Positions 1-8,906 of a DNA stretch of 47,054 nt are shown here, piece after piece; within the stretch, counting starts at the first letter, position 1, and the number at the start of each line of letters is the position of its first letter. This DNA is from Clostridia bacterium. Its GTDB lineage: Bacteria; Bacillota; Clostridia; Christensenellales; CAG-138. Position numbers and translations under genes: made by a program. The stretch lies in assembly GCA_017440405.1 (NCBI GenBank), contig JAFSHG010000074.1, positions 1 through 47,054 on the forward strand. The letters are read 5' to 3'. The notes beneath the pieces were generated by a model, which was given only the letters and a program-made list of their open reading frames with translations, was not told the origin of the DNA and ran no database searches.

Positions 1-118
1 CCGCCGGTCGTCTCAAATTACATTGCGTTTACTAAGTTCTTCTCTTTCCATCACACAGGTTTGTGTGCTTTTCACTATACAGTTTTCAAGGTGCTGCCGC
101 TCCGCTCTCACAGGCGAC
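1..118 (-). other. Untranslated leader of a stable-RNA (probably rRNA) operon that runs off the left edge
   Basis: Lies directly downstream (minus strand) of the 125-153 promoter. No RBS-preceded ORF. Contains CCTTGAAAACT (81-91, minus), which resembles the Firmicute rrn-leader boxA (B. subtilis ..GTTCTTTGAAAACTAAAC..), and a CACACA-N4-TGTGTG hairpin (52-67). The 16S start is not inside the window. Confidence 0.45.
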
Positions 119-124
119 TTTTAT

Positions 125-153
125 ATAATACCACCCACTTCCTCCTTTGTCAA
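125..153 (-). promoter_or_regulatory. Near-consensus sigma-A promoter firing leftwards (TTGACA-17 nt-TATTAT)
   Basis: On the minus strand, TTGACA lies at 153-148, followed by a 17-nt spacer and TATTAT at 130-125. Confidence 0.6.
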
Positions 154-157
154 TACC

Positions 158-225
158 TTTTTTTAGCTTTTTTCAGCTTTTTTTATCCTTTTTTCGTCTA
201 TCCTCTCCTTTTTTGCTCGGTTTTT
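158..225. promoter_or_regulatory. Helically phased T/A-tracts upstream of the promoter (UP-element / curved DNA)
   Basis: T5-T7 runs start at 158, 168, 178, 189, 209 and 221, giving spacings of 10, 10, 11, 20 and 12 bp. They sit immediately upstream of the -35 on the minus strand, as is typical of strong rrn promoters. Confidence 0.5.
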
Positions 226-342
226 GTATATTATCCGTACTCTCGGCAAAGGAATATCACCCCTTATATGCGGTGTTGATTACGCATTTGATTATCTTTC
301 ACTCAGCTTGTTTCGGGGGACGAGGTATGGAATGCGGTGTTG

Positions 343-375
343 AGGAAAAAAGAAAAGGACGCCTAATCGTCCTTT
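343..375 (-). terminator. Rho-independent terminator of the recJ-apt-relA-dtd transcription unit
   Basis: On the minus strand the stem AAAGGACG / CGTCCTTT (354-361 / 368-375) has a 6-nt loop and is followed by TCTTTTTT. The stem overlaps the dtd stop codon. Confidence 0.75.
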
Positions 376-820
376 AAAATCTTTTTCTGCTGTCCAAAAG
401 CAATGTAACCGGGCCGTCATTTACGAGCGAAACCTGCATGTCAGCTCCAAACACCCCTTTTTTCACGGGGACGTACCTCGACAGTCGCACCGCCATTTCA
501 TCATACATCCCCTGCGCCGCTTCCGGACGTGCAGCATCCGAATAACTCGGCCGTGTACCTCGACGTGCATCGCCTGCAAGCGTAAACTGCGATATCAGCA
601 GTATTTCACCTTCCACATCAGTCACAGAAAGGTTCATATGCTGTTCTTCATCGGGAAAAATTCGTAGTGTGGGTATTTTTCTCTCCATGTAGTCCATATC
701 CTGTGCCGTGTCGCCCTCTTCCACGCACAGAAGAATTAAAATGCCCTTGTTTATGCTTCCTACCCGTTCGCCGTCCACGGAAACCGAAGCCTGCTTCACT
801 CTCTGCAAAACCGCTCTCAT
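374..820 (-). CDS. dtd: D-aminoacyl-tRNA deacylase
   Basis: 148 aa starting MRAVLQRVKQASVSV. Full-length Dtd-like sequence and size. The start overlaps the relA stop (ATGA). The recJ-apt-relA-dtd order matches B. subtilis. Confidence 0.93.
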   Translation of the reverse strand: MRAVLQRVKQASVSVDGERVGSINKGILILLCVEEGDTAQDMDYMERKIPTLRIFPDEEQHMNLSVTDVEGEILLISQFTLAGDARRGTRPSYSDAARPEAAQGMYDEMAVRLSRYVPVKKGVFGADMQVSLVNDGPVTLLLDSRKRF

Positions 821-2988
821 CAGCTGTTCACCCTATACACATCCAACACCGATTCTATGCTGCGGAGCATATTCATGATGTTTTTTAATCTTTGTAAGTC
901 TTCTATCTCAAATGCAAGACGCACATGAGCTTTATTCTCATGGTCTGCATCTGCATTTATGTATTTGAGGTCTATGTTTGAGCCCAAAAGCGCTTTCGAA
1001 ATATCGGCAAGTATTCCCGTGCGCTCGTTTGCTATGATATTTATACACACCACATAGGAATTGCCCGTTCCCGTCTGCCATTCCACTTCCACTATTCTTT
1101 CCGAATCCGCTTTTAGGAATTTTGCGTTTGTACAGTCATCTCTATGCACGGAAACACCTTTGCCTCCACGGGTGATGTATCCGAATATGGAATCTCCCGG
1201 CAGCGGATTGCAACAATGCGAAAATCTTATGCTCACTGTGGGCATACCCTTTACTTCCACTCCGTGGCTTGCCGACTTGGGCATAGGCTTATTTTCGCTC
1301 TCTCGCAACTGTGCCTGTAATCCTTCATGGAACTCTGCCTCCGCCTGTGCTTTTCTTATATTCTCCGTCAGTTTGCTCACTACCTGGGTTACAGGAATTG
1401 CGCCCCTGCCTATTGCAGCATACAGGTCGTCCATATTCTTCATGCTGTATCGTTCAAGCGTGGCAGTCTGTTCTTCCTCCGTGAAGTCCGAAAGCTTTTT
1501 CTGTATTCGCACAAGTGCGGTATCTAAGATTTCCTTGCCGTCCGATATATCGGAATCTCTGTCCGCCTTTTTCAGCCATTGTTTTATCTTTGCCTTTGCC
1601 TGATTGGTTACAACTATATTCAACCAATTCCTGCTCGGACACTCTGCTGCGCCCGTGATTATCTCCACCACATCGTTCGTTTTCAGCTTATAATCCAGCC
1701 TTACCATTGCGCCGTTCACCTTTGCGCCCGTTGTTTTGTTGCCTATATCGCTGTGTATGCGATATGCAAAGTCAAGCGGAGTGGAACCCAAAGGCAGGTC
1801 TATTATCTTTCCCTGAGGGGTTACGGCAAATACATAGTCGGAGAAAAAGTCAAACTGTATATCGCTTATAAATTCCTGAGCATCTGATGTGTATGCTTCA
1901 TAATCCAAGGCTTCACGGAACCATGATAATTTCTCGTCCATTTTGGACATCACGGTGCGACCTTCTTTATACATCCAGTGTGCCGCAACACCGTATTCAG
2001 CATTTTTATGCATTTCAAATGTGCGTATCTGCACTTCAAAAGGTAATCCGTTGTCGCTGAAAAGTGTGGTGTGTATGGACTGATAACCATTGGGTTTGGG
2101 TGTTGATATGTAATCTTTGAATCTGCCCGGAACGGAACGCCAACTGTTATGTATGACGCCCAATGCCGCATAGCAGTTTGCCACCGTATCCACAATGACA
2201 CGTATGGCGGTGAGGTCGTATATTTCGTCTATGGATGTGTTTTGTTTGATTAACTTCCTATATATACTGTACAGATGTTTCGGTCTGCCGTTTATCTTTG
2301 CAGATATTCCCGCCTCGTCCAGCTCTTTCCCCACCTTTTCCATTACGGAATCCAACATGTGCATTCGTTCCAACTGTTGTGGTTCTATGGCGGTCTTTAT
2401 TTCATTGTACGCTTCGGGGTCTATGTATTTGAGCGCAAGGTCTTCCAGCTCACACTTCACTTTTCCTATGCCGAATCTGTGTGCAAGCGGTGCATAAACA
2501 TTTATGGTTTCACGTGCCTTTCTGAGCTGCTTTTCGGGTGCACAAAAATGGAGTGTTCGCATATTATGCAGCCTGTCCGCCAATTTTATAATTACCACTC
2601 TTATATCCTTTGATATGGCAAGCAGCATTTTTCTCAGGTTTTCTGCGTTTCGCTCCTCACGGCTCACTGTTCTCTCACTCACCTGTGAGAGTTTTGTAAC
2701 ACCGTCTACCATGACAGCGGTGTCCTCACCGAATCTCTCTGAAATCTCGCTCAAAGATGCATAACAGTCCTCCACCACGTCGTGAAGGATACCTGCTATG
2801 ACGCAACACGATTCCATGTCCATTTCAAAGAGTATTTTCGCAACTTCTATGGGATGAGTGATATACGGTTCACCCGAATCACGCTTTTGGTCACCGTGAA
2901 GCAGCGTGGCAAATTCCACGGCTTCCGTTATCTTTTTTATCTCCGCCTCAGCGTACCTGGTTCTGCACATTGCGAGCAATGTATCCAC
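820..2988 (-). CDS. relA: Bifunctional (p)ppGpp synthetase/hydrolase Rel (RelA/SpoT family)
   Basis: 722 aa. HD hydrolase region (HPIEV..GILHDVVED), RelA/SpoT synthetase region (YQSIHTT), and TGS and C-terminal ACT-like regions. Confidence 0.96.
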   Translation of the reverse strand: MDTLLAMCRTRYAEAEIKKITEAVEFATLLHGDQKRDSGEPYITHPIEVAKILFEMDMESCCVIAGILHDVVEDCYASLSEISERFGEDTAVMVDGVTKLSQVSERTVSREERNAENLRKMLLAISKDIRVVIIKLADRLHNMRTLHFCAPEKQLRKARETINVYAPLAHRFGIGKVKCELEDLALKYIDPEAYNEIKTAIEPQQLERMHMLDSVMEKVGKELDEAGISAKINGRPKHLYSIYRKLIKQNTSIDEIYDLTAIRVIVDTVANCYAALGVIHNSWRSVPGRFKDYISTPKPNGYQSIHTTLFSDNGLPFEVQIRTFEMHKNAEYGVAAHWMYKEGRTVMSKMDEKLSWFREALDYEAYTSDAQEFISDIQFDFFSDYVFAVTPQGKIIDLPLGSTPLDFAYRIHSDIGNKTTGAKVNGAMVRLDYKLKTNDVVEIITGAAECPSRNWLNIVVTNQAKAKIKQWLKKADRDSDISDGKEILDTALVRIQKKLSDFTEEEQTATLERYSMKNMDDLYAAIGRGAIPVTQVVSKLTENIRKAQAEAEFHEGLQAQLRESENKPMPKSASHGVEVKGMPTVSIRFSHCCNPLPGDSIFGYITRGGKGVSVHRDDCTNAKFLKADSERIVEVEWQTGTGNSYVVCINIIANERTGILADISKALLGSNIDLKYINADADHENKAHVRLAFEIEDLQRLKNIMNMLRSIESVLDVYRVNS

Positions 2989-3024
2989 TCATATCCCTCC
3001 TTTCGCAAAAATTACGTTCTCTTC

Positions 3025-3546
3025 TCAGTATTTTATTATGGAGTCAACATCGTATCCCGAAAGTACTTCTCTGCCGTCCAAGCCTTCCAGTTCCACTGCA
3101 AAGCGAAGCGCAACAACCTGTGCTCCCAGACGTTGTACCAAGTCACATATAGCCTTTGCCGTTCCTCCCGTGGCAATCAAGTCATCCACCACAGCAATCC
3201 TCATACCGGGTTGTATGGCATCGCTGTGTATTTCGAGACATGCAGTACCGTATTCCAGTGCATACTCTGCTTTTTCCGTGTCACAGGGAAGTTTCCCCGG
3301 TTTTCTTGCGGGGATGAAACCTTTTCCCAAGGCGTATGCAACAGGTGCGCCTATTATGAAACCGCGTGCTTCTGCACCTATTATTGCATCCACATCATAT
3401 CCTTGCAGTGATTTACATATGGCGTCTGTGAGTGCCGCATACGCTTCACCGTCTTTTATGAGTGTAGTGATGTCACGAAACAATATTCCCTCTTTGGGAT
3501 AATCGGGTATTTCTCTTATCAACGATTTAAAATCCACGCAAAGCAC
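3025..3546 (-). CDS. apt: Adenine phosphoribosyltransferase
   Basis: 173 aa. IPDYPKEGILFRDIT motif and PRPP-binding motif VVDDLIATGGT. Confidence 0.94.
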   Translation of the reverse strand: MLCVDFKSLIREIPDYPKEGILFRDITTLIKDGEAYAALTDAICKSLQGYDVDAIIGAEARGFIIGAPVAYALGKGFIPARKPGKLPCDTEKAEYALEYGTACLEIHSDAIQPGMRIAVVDDLIATGGTAKAICDLVQRLGAQVVALRFAVELEGLDGREVLSGYDVDSIIKY

Positions 3547-3552
3547 CTCTTT

Positions 3553-5991
3553 CTATTTATTAAAGCAGGTAAAATTCGCTGCCCTGTTATATAACGGGGA
3601 AGATGCAAGTTCCACCTTTTTTCCATCGTTATTAGGAGTTATTCTATCATTATTATCTACAAAAAACAACCCTAATTCAATAAAAATGTCAATCGAAAAT
3701 CCACATAATGCCGCATCGTATCCCGTTTCTGCCGAAATCAATGCACACAGGTCCTGTTTGAACATGCTTTTTTTCCTCAACACCCGCATTGCAGACAGGT
3801 ACACCTTTCCCATGTTATCATGGGTACACAGCGCACGGCAGGCTTCCGCTTCACGGGAATCGGCGCATAAATCCTCGGCAAGAAATACTGTGGCATTCGG
3901 CACAATCTCTTTTATCGCACAAACTTGGGATAGAGAAATACTGCCCGTTATGATTATTCTGTGATATCTGTCCGCCGTATCACGCAGTTTTTCAATCACG
4001 GGCGCATACAGCACCGTATTAAAAGGGCAAACCGTGTTTTGCAAACTTTCCACCGCAACATCGGCATAGCAATTGTCATCATTTACGGAGTACGCCAACT
4101 TTTCGGCACTTTCCGAATCCATACACAAGACGAGTGTACCGTCATGGGAACTTTTGAACGCACTCTTTATAAAAGACATTGAGCAGTATCTTATTCCTGT
4201 TTGCTCACAATGTCCTTCCGCTTTCAAATTTTGAACAAATGCGTTCATGAACTTATCCTTCATTCTCTCAAAATAACTGTGTGCATCCCTTATGGGCGAC
4301 ACGGAAAAGTCCGATACCCTCAATTGTATACGCTCCGTATTGCCCCACTCGTTCACGGCGGGTGAAAATGCAATATCGCAACTCTCCGCATTCATGAGCG
4401 TATCAAATAAATCCCCCTTCTCAAATGCTACGATATCACAGTATGTGCTGTCATCGCTCACCTTGCCGTTTAGGTGTGTAAGATTATTACCTATTCGTTT
4501 GAGGGTTCTTATATGCAAGTCTCTTGCAACAAGTGTGGGAGGAGGATTTCCCTCACCGAACGGCGCAAGTTTTTGCATCATTTCTATGAGCGGTCTTGTC
4601 ACTTCTTTCAATCGTACTTGTGTGTCATATCTTTTCTTTGGGATAAAAGTCGTAAAGGGATATTTGCCAACTATGTATTCGTTTATATTATTCTTGTATT
4701 CTGCAAAATTTTCCTCTTTCATGGTAAGCCCGGCTGCAAACGAATGGCCACCGAACTTCATGCAAAGCCCCGAAAACTTCTCCATTGCATCAAAGAGGTC
4801 TATTTCGGGAGTGGAACGTGCAGAACCCGTGAGTACGCCGTCATTTTGAGTCAAAAGAATCACGGGTCTATAATATTTTTCCATCAACCTTGCAGCGGCA
4901 ATGCCCACTATTCCCGCATTCCATTTTTCAGACTTCAAAACCAGTATTCTCTCCTCCGTGAGGTCGATATCTTTTATTTGTTCCTCCGCCTGCTTTACTA
5001 TCTCCGCTTCCTCGGCACGCCTTGCGGTGTTGAGTTCATCCAGTTTATGTGCAAGTTCCAGTGCCTTTTCATAATCGCTTGAACAAAGCAGCTCCACGCC
5101 TATATTTGCGCTGTCCATGCGACCTGCTGCATTCAGTCGGGGTGCTATGCAAAAAGCAAAGTCGTATTCGTTTATCGGTCTTTTGTTATTCGGCATTGCC
5201 ACTTCTAAAACGGCTTTTATTCCCACAGGCACATCGCCGTCATTTATGGCTTGAAGCGCAAGCGCAACCAATGCACGGTTTTCTCCGTGAAGCTCCACCA
5301 CATCTGCCACGGTTGCGAGTCCCGCAAACGGCAAAAACGCTCGTGCCGCTTCATCATCGCCCAATGCCTGTACCAGTTTCAGTGCAGTACCTGCTCCGCA
5401 CAGCGACTTGTTCGGATAGGTTTCACTCGGTATGGTGTGACACAAAACCGCAGTGCATGAGGGTGCCTCTCCCGTGCATTTGTGATGGTCTGTTATTATG
5501 ACTTCCATACCCAAATCTTTCGCTCTCTGTATCTCCCGTGGTGCCGTTATACCATTGTCCACGGTGATTATGAGATTCACACCCAACTCATGGAGATATT
5601 CCACCGCACGAACATTCATTCCGTACCCCTCATTCTTGCGTGAAGGGATGTAATACATAACATCAAAACCTCTGTGCCTGAGATATGTGTACAGTATGGA
5701 TGTAGCACACACTCCGTCCACATCATAATCGCCGTAAATGCATACTCTTTCGTGTTCTTCCTCTGCCCTTTTTATCCGCTCCGTGGCGGCTTGCATTTGT
5801 GAAAATAAAAAAGGGTCGTGCAATTGCGAAAAGGACGGCGCAAGAAAACCTTCCGCCGTCTCTTTATCACACACATTGCGCATCACAAGCAAACTGCATA
5901 AACAAGGGTCGTATCCCGTTTGTGCAGCCAAATTCGCAACTGCCTCATCTGTGCCTACATCATATGTTTTTCTTTCTACAAACCGCAACAC
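3553..5991 (-). CDS. recJ: Single-stranded-DNA-specific exonuclease RecJ (with long C-terminal extension)
   Basis: 812 aa. DHH-family motifs (GDYDVDG, TVDNG, ITDHH) and DHHA1 motif (FGGHSFAAG). GTG start lies 4 nt after the scfB stop. Confidence 0.92.
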   Translation of the reverse strand: MLRFVERKTYDVGTDEAVANLAAQTGYDPCLCSLLVMRNVCDKETAEGFLAPSFSQLHDPFLFSQMQAATERIKRAEEEHERVCIYGDYDVDGVCATSILYTYLRHRGFDVMYYIPSRKNEGYGMNVRAVEYLHELGVNLIITVDNGITAPREIQRAKDLGMEVIITDHHKCTGEAPSCTAVLCHTIPSETYPNKSLCGAGTALKLVQALGDDEAARAFLPFAGLATVADVVELHGENRALVALALQAINDGDVPVGIKAVLEVAMPNNKRPINEYDFAFCIAPRLNAAGRMDSANIGVELLCSSDYEKALELAHKLDELNTARRAEEAEIVKQAEEQIKDIDLTEERILVLKSEKWNAGIVGIAAARLMEKYYRPVILLTQNDGVLTGSARSTPEIDLFDAMEKFSGLCMKFGGHSFAAGLTMKEENFAEYKNNINEYIVGKYPFTTFIPKKRYDTQVRLKEVTRPLIEMMQKLAPFGEGNPPPTLVARDLHIRTLKRIGNNLTHLNGKVSDDSTYCDIVAFEKGDLFDTLMNAESCDIAFSPAVNEWGNTERIQLRVSDFSVSPIRDAHSYFERMKDKFMNAFVQNLKAEGHCEQTGIRYCSMSFIKSAFKSSHDGTLVLCMDSESAEKLAYSVNDDNCYADVAVESLQNTVCPFNTVLYAPVIEKLRDTADRYHRIIITGSISLSQVCAIKEIVPNATVFLAEDLCADSREAEACRALCTHDNMGKVYLSAMRVLRKKSMFKQDLCALISAETGYDAALCGFSIDIFIELGLFFVDNNDRITPNNDGKKVELASSPLYNRAANFTCFNK

Positions 5992-5995
5992 GCCT

Positions 5996-7318
5996 TTATT
6001 CGCCTTTCAGTTCCGTAATTATTCCTATTGCACACTCTGTCCTTTTTTTCAGTATTGCGCAGGTAAGCTCATGCGGCTTATATATGGAGCCGTTATAATG
6101 CTGAGCATTTGCTGCACATCCGCCGCTGCAAAAGTACTTTGCAAAACAATCTCTGCACTTTTCTTTGGTGAAAATGCTGCATTTCATGAAATCTGCCTGC
6201 ATCTTCTTATTAAATTCACCACTGAGTACGCTTCCCATGCGAAAATCCTCATCGCCCACAAACTGATGACACGGATATATCTCACCCGTGGGGCTTATTG
6301 CCACATACTCAAAACCCGCACCGCAACCCTTTACACGCCTTTTAAGGCAAGGCCCGTGCGAAAGGTCTATGTTAAAATGGAAAAAGTGCAAGTCGCCGCC
6401 CGCCTTGGCATCTTCCGTTATAATCTCTGCCAGTCGCTCATACTCCGCCACAATGCGCTCTAAATGTTCTTCTTTCAGTGCGTACGGGCTGTCCTCGGAC
6501 AAAACCACGGGTTCTACGGATATGTGCTTGAAACCCTGACGGTAAAGTTCCAGAACATCCTCGGCAAAGTCCAAATTCTCACAAGTATACGTACCTCTTA
6601 TGTAATACTCACCGTCACCGCGTTTTGCAATGAGTTTTTTTGCATTTTGAAGTGTTATGTCATATGAAGATTTACCGTTTGCCGTGGGGCGCATGGAGTC
6701 ATGAACCTCACGCCTGCCGTCTAAGCTGATGACAATGTTATGCATGTTTTCATTCAGCCAGTCGGATATTTCATCCGTGAGCGCAACACCGTTTGTGGTC
6801 ATGGTGAAGTTTATCTTCTTATTATACTTCTTCTCCAACTCTCTGCCGTACTCCACGCAGAATCTCACCACGTCCATATTCAGCAAGGGTTCACCGCCGA
6901 AAAAGTCCACTTCCAGATTGTGCCTGTTTTTTGAGCTTATCATCAAAAAATCCAATGCAGCCTTTGCAACTTCTCTGCTCATGAGCGAACGCTGCCCCGA
7001 GTATTCACCCGTGCCTGCAAAGCAATATTTGCATCGCAGGTTACAGTCATGCGCTACATGTAAACACATAGACTTTATGGGCTGGGTTTCCACATCGCCT
7101 ATCTCAAAAGGCTCGGGCGCAGGTGCAGCAAGTGCCCCCGCCTTTTTCAGTTCCTCAATCTCCGAGAGAACTTCACTGATTTCTTCCCTCCTATACGGAA
7201 GCTCATACGGATTTTCCGAAGTTATGCAGTCATATGCCATTTTATCCAACACATGTACCGCTCCGCTTTCCACGTCCATTGCTATATAGCTTTCCTTAAA
7301 CTTGAATGCATGTATCAC
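5996..7318 (-). CDS. scfB: SCIFF radical SAM/SPASM maturase (ranthipeptide thioether synthase)
   Basis: Radical SAM motif CNLRCKYC and C-terminal SPASM Cys clusters (CGAG..C.. / C..C....C..GGC). It lies next to the SCIFF peptide gene. I move the start from the track ATG (7366), which lies inside the attenuator hairpin, to GTG 7318. That start has RBS AGAGGTGA and gives the N-terminus (M)IHAFKFKESYIAMDVESGAVHVLD, typical of this family. Confidence 0.88.
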   Translation of the reverse strand: MIHAFKFKESYIAMDVESGAVHVLDKMAYDCITSENPYELPYRREEISEVLSEIEELKKAGALAAPAPEPFEIGDVETQPIKSMCLHVAHDCNLRCKYCFAGTGEYSGQRSLMSREVAKAALDFLMISSKNRHNLEVDFFGGEPLLNMDVVRFCVEYGRELEKKYNKKINFTMTTNGVALTDEISDWLNENMHNIVISLDGRREVHDSMRPTANGKSSYDITLQNAKKLIAKRGDGEYYIRGTYTCENLDFAEDVLELYRQGFKHISVEPVVLSEDSPYALKEEHLERIVAEYERLAEIITEDAKAGGDLHFFHFNIDLSHGPCLKRRVKGCGAGFEYVAISPTGEIYPCHQFVGDEDFRMGSVLSGEFNKKMQADFMKCSIFTKEKCRDCFAKYFCSGGCAANAQHYNGSIYKPHELTCAILKKRTECAIGIITELKGE

Positions 7319-7330
7319 TGTATCACCTCT

Positions 7331-7369
7331 AAAATAAAAAACCGTGCCTGAATATAGTACATGCACGGC
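7331..7369 (-). terminator. Intrinsic terminator/attenuator between the precursor gene scfA and the maturase gene scfB
   Basis: On the minus strand, CCGTGC-N15-GCACGG (7368-7342) is followed by TTTTTTATTTT (7341-7331). The scfB RBS and start follow immediately. Confidence 0.6.
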
Positions 7370-7393
7370 TTGACTGAAAAATCAAAGTCTGTA

Positions 7394-7537
7394 TTACTTT
7401 TCTTCCTGCTTGCAGGTCTGGTTTGCTATGGTGCAGGATGTCTTACATGCTGACTGGCATGATGCCTGACATTCGCCGCAGCCTGTGCCTTCTGTGTTTT
7501 TAATGCAGGGTGTCTGTATGGTCTTTATGTGTTTCAT
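7394..7537 (-). CDS. scfA: SCIFF (six-cysteines-in-forty-five) ranthipeptide precursor
   Basis: 47 aa: MKHIKTIQTPCIKNTEGTGCGECQASCQSACKTSCTIANQTCKQEEK. This is the canonical GCGECQ.SCQSACKTSC core. RBS AAGGAG sits 7 nt upstream of ATG 7537. The 20-aa N-terminal extension in the track has no RBS. Confidence 0.9.
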   Translation of the reverse strand: MKHIKTIQTPCIKNTEGTGCGECQASCQSACKTSCTIANQTCKQEEK

Positions 7538-7568
7538 AATAAATCTCCTTATTTCCTTATTCCACAAT

Positions 7569-7597
7569 ATTATACACCTTTTCTTATGCCGCTTCAA
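7569..7597 (-). promoter_or_regulatory. Putative sigma-A promoter of scfA (TTGAAG-17-TATAAT)
   Basis: On the minus strand, the -35 lies at 7597-7592 and the -10 at 7574-7569. Confidence 0.5.
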
Positions 7598-7704
7598 GTG
7601 TATTATTATATATTATTTGTCATATTAGCTGAAACTTATCTTTTTTATTGACATACAAACACTATAAGGCATGTTAAGCGATTGACTTATTGATTCGGGT
7701 CTGC

Positions 7705-7733
7705 TTGTAAAAATAACACGCACGGCGTATAAT
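7705..7733 (+). promoter_or_regulatory. Putative sigma-A promoter of the dipeptidase gene (TTGTAA-17-TATAAT)
   Basis: The -35 lies at 7705-7710 and the -10 at 7728-7733, about 120 nt upstream of ATG 7852. Confidence 0.45.
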
Positions 7734-7851
7734 ACCATGTGTAATAGCTGTCGTGTCGCATAAACCAAATGTTGAAAGGCTTTTTCGCATTATGTTTTGA
7801 CGCACACGCATATACTTCATAAAATCATTTATCAAAAAAGGAGAAACCGGT

Positions 7852-8787
7852 ATGGAAAAATACTATGTAGCAGATGCGCACTGTGATTTCCTATATTTTG
7901 CCGCCAAAGAGAATTTTGATATACGCAACATCCAAAAATACCAATGTATGACGCTTGACAGGATGCGTGAGGGAAATGTGGCACTGCAATTCTTTGCCGC
8001 ATGGACGGACGATAAAGAAAAGCACAGGTCGCCCTTGCAACAAGGCTTGGATATGATGGCGGCGTATCACAGAATGTTGAGTCAAAACAGCGGAGTGTTT
8101 ACCCCCTTTACACCCGATTTTGACCCAAAAAGCGGTAAAATAGCAACTGTTCTCTCCATAGAAAATCTTTCGTGCATGGAGGACAATCTTAATAATCTGG
8201 ACATTTTCTATCTGCTCGGAGTTCGTGCTGCCACTTTAACTTGGAACGGTAAAAGCACTCTTGCCTCCTCTTCCGCCTCAAAACATGACGAGGGACTCAC
8301 AAAACTCGGAAAAACAACCGTGGAAAAGCTCACACAGCTTAAAATCGCCGTGGACTTGGCTCACTTATCGGACCGTGGGATAGATGATGTTTTGGAAACA
8401 ACAGATATGCCCGTGTTCTCATCCCACACCAACGCACGTGATTTCTTCTTCTCACCACGCTCCATGAAAGACTCTCACATACGGGAAATAGCAAGACGAG
8501 GTGGCGTAATAGGCGTTAATTTCTTCTATAAACAGCTCACGCACGAAAAGCACGCATATGTATCGGATGTCGTAAACCACATATGTTATATTTCAGAAAA
8601 ATTCGGTACGGACTGTGTGGCACTCGGCTCCGACTTTGACGGAATGAATCTTTACCCCGATGACTTGCAGCACAGCGGTCATATGCAGAATATAGCCCAT
8701 GAGCTTGAACGGCGGGGAATGCACCGTGACGAGATAGAAAAAATCATGTACGGCAATCTCGCAAGATATATGAAAAAGTTCGTGTAA
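7852..8787 (+). CDS. Membrane (renal-type) dipeptidase, peptidase family M19
   Basis: 311 aa. Motifs DAHCDFL, HLSDRG, SHTNAR and GSDFDG. RBS AAAGGAGA. Confidence 0.88.
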   Translation: MEKYYVADAHCDFLYFAAKENFDIRNIQKYQCMTLDRMREGNVALQFFAAWTDDKEKHRSPLQQGLDMMAAYHRMLSQNSGVFTPFTPDFDPKSGKIATVLSIENLSCMEDNLNNLDIFYLLGVRAATLTWNGKSTLASSSASKHDEGLTKLGKTTVEKLTQLKIAVDLAHLSDRGIDDVLETTDMPVFSSHTNARDFFFSPRSMKDSHIREIARRGGVIGVNFFYKQLTHEKHAYVSDVVNHICYISEKFGTDCVALGSDFDGMNLYPDDLQHSGHMQNIAHELERRGMHRDEIEKIMYGNLARYMKKFV

Positions 8788-8906
8788 TTGAATTTTGTGT
8801 TGGATAAAAACATGTATTCAATTTTATGAAAACCGCTTGAAAAAGAAGATATGTTCTGTTAGAATGGTGGTATGGGAAGTATGTATATGATAATCAGGAG
8901 GATTTT

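Noticed and set aside
2506-2518. parS-like half-site GGTTTCACGTGCC inside relA
   Set aside because: Only one half matches the 16-bp parS palindrome, and it lies within a coding region. It is most likely chance.
7538-7597. 20-aa N-terminal extension of the SCIFF peptide in the ORF track (MKRHKKRCIILWNKEIRRFI)
   Set aside because: The AAGGAG RBS sits just before the internal ATG at 7537, and the extension would run through the predicted promoter. The canonical SCIFF length is 45-47 aa.
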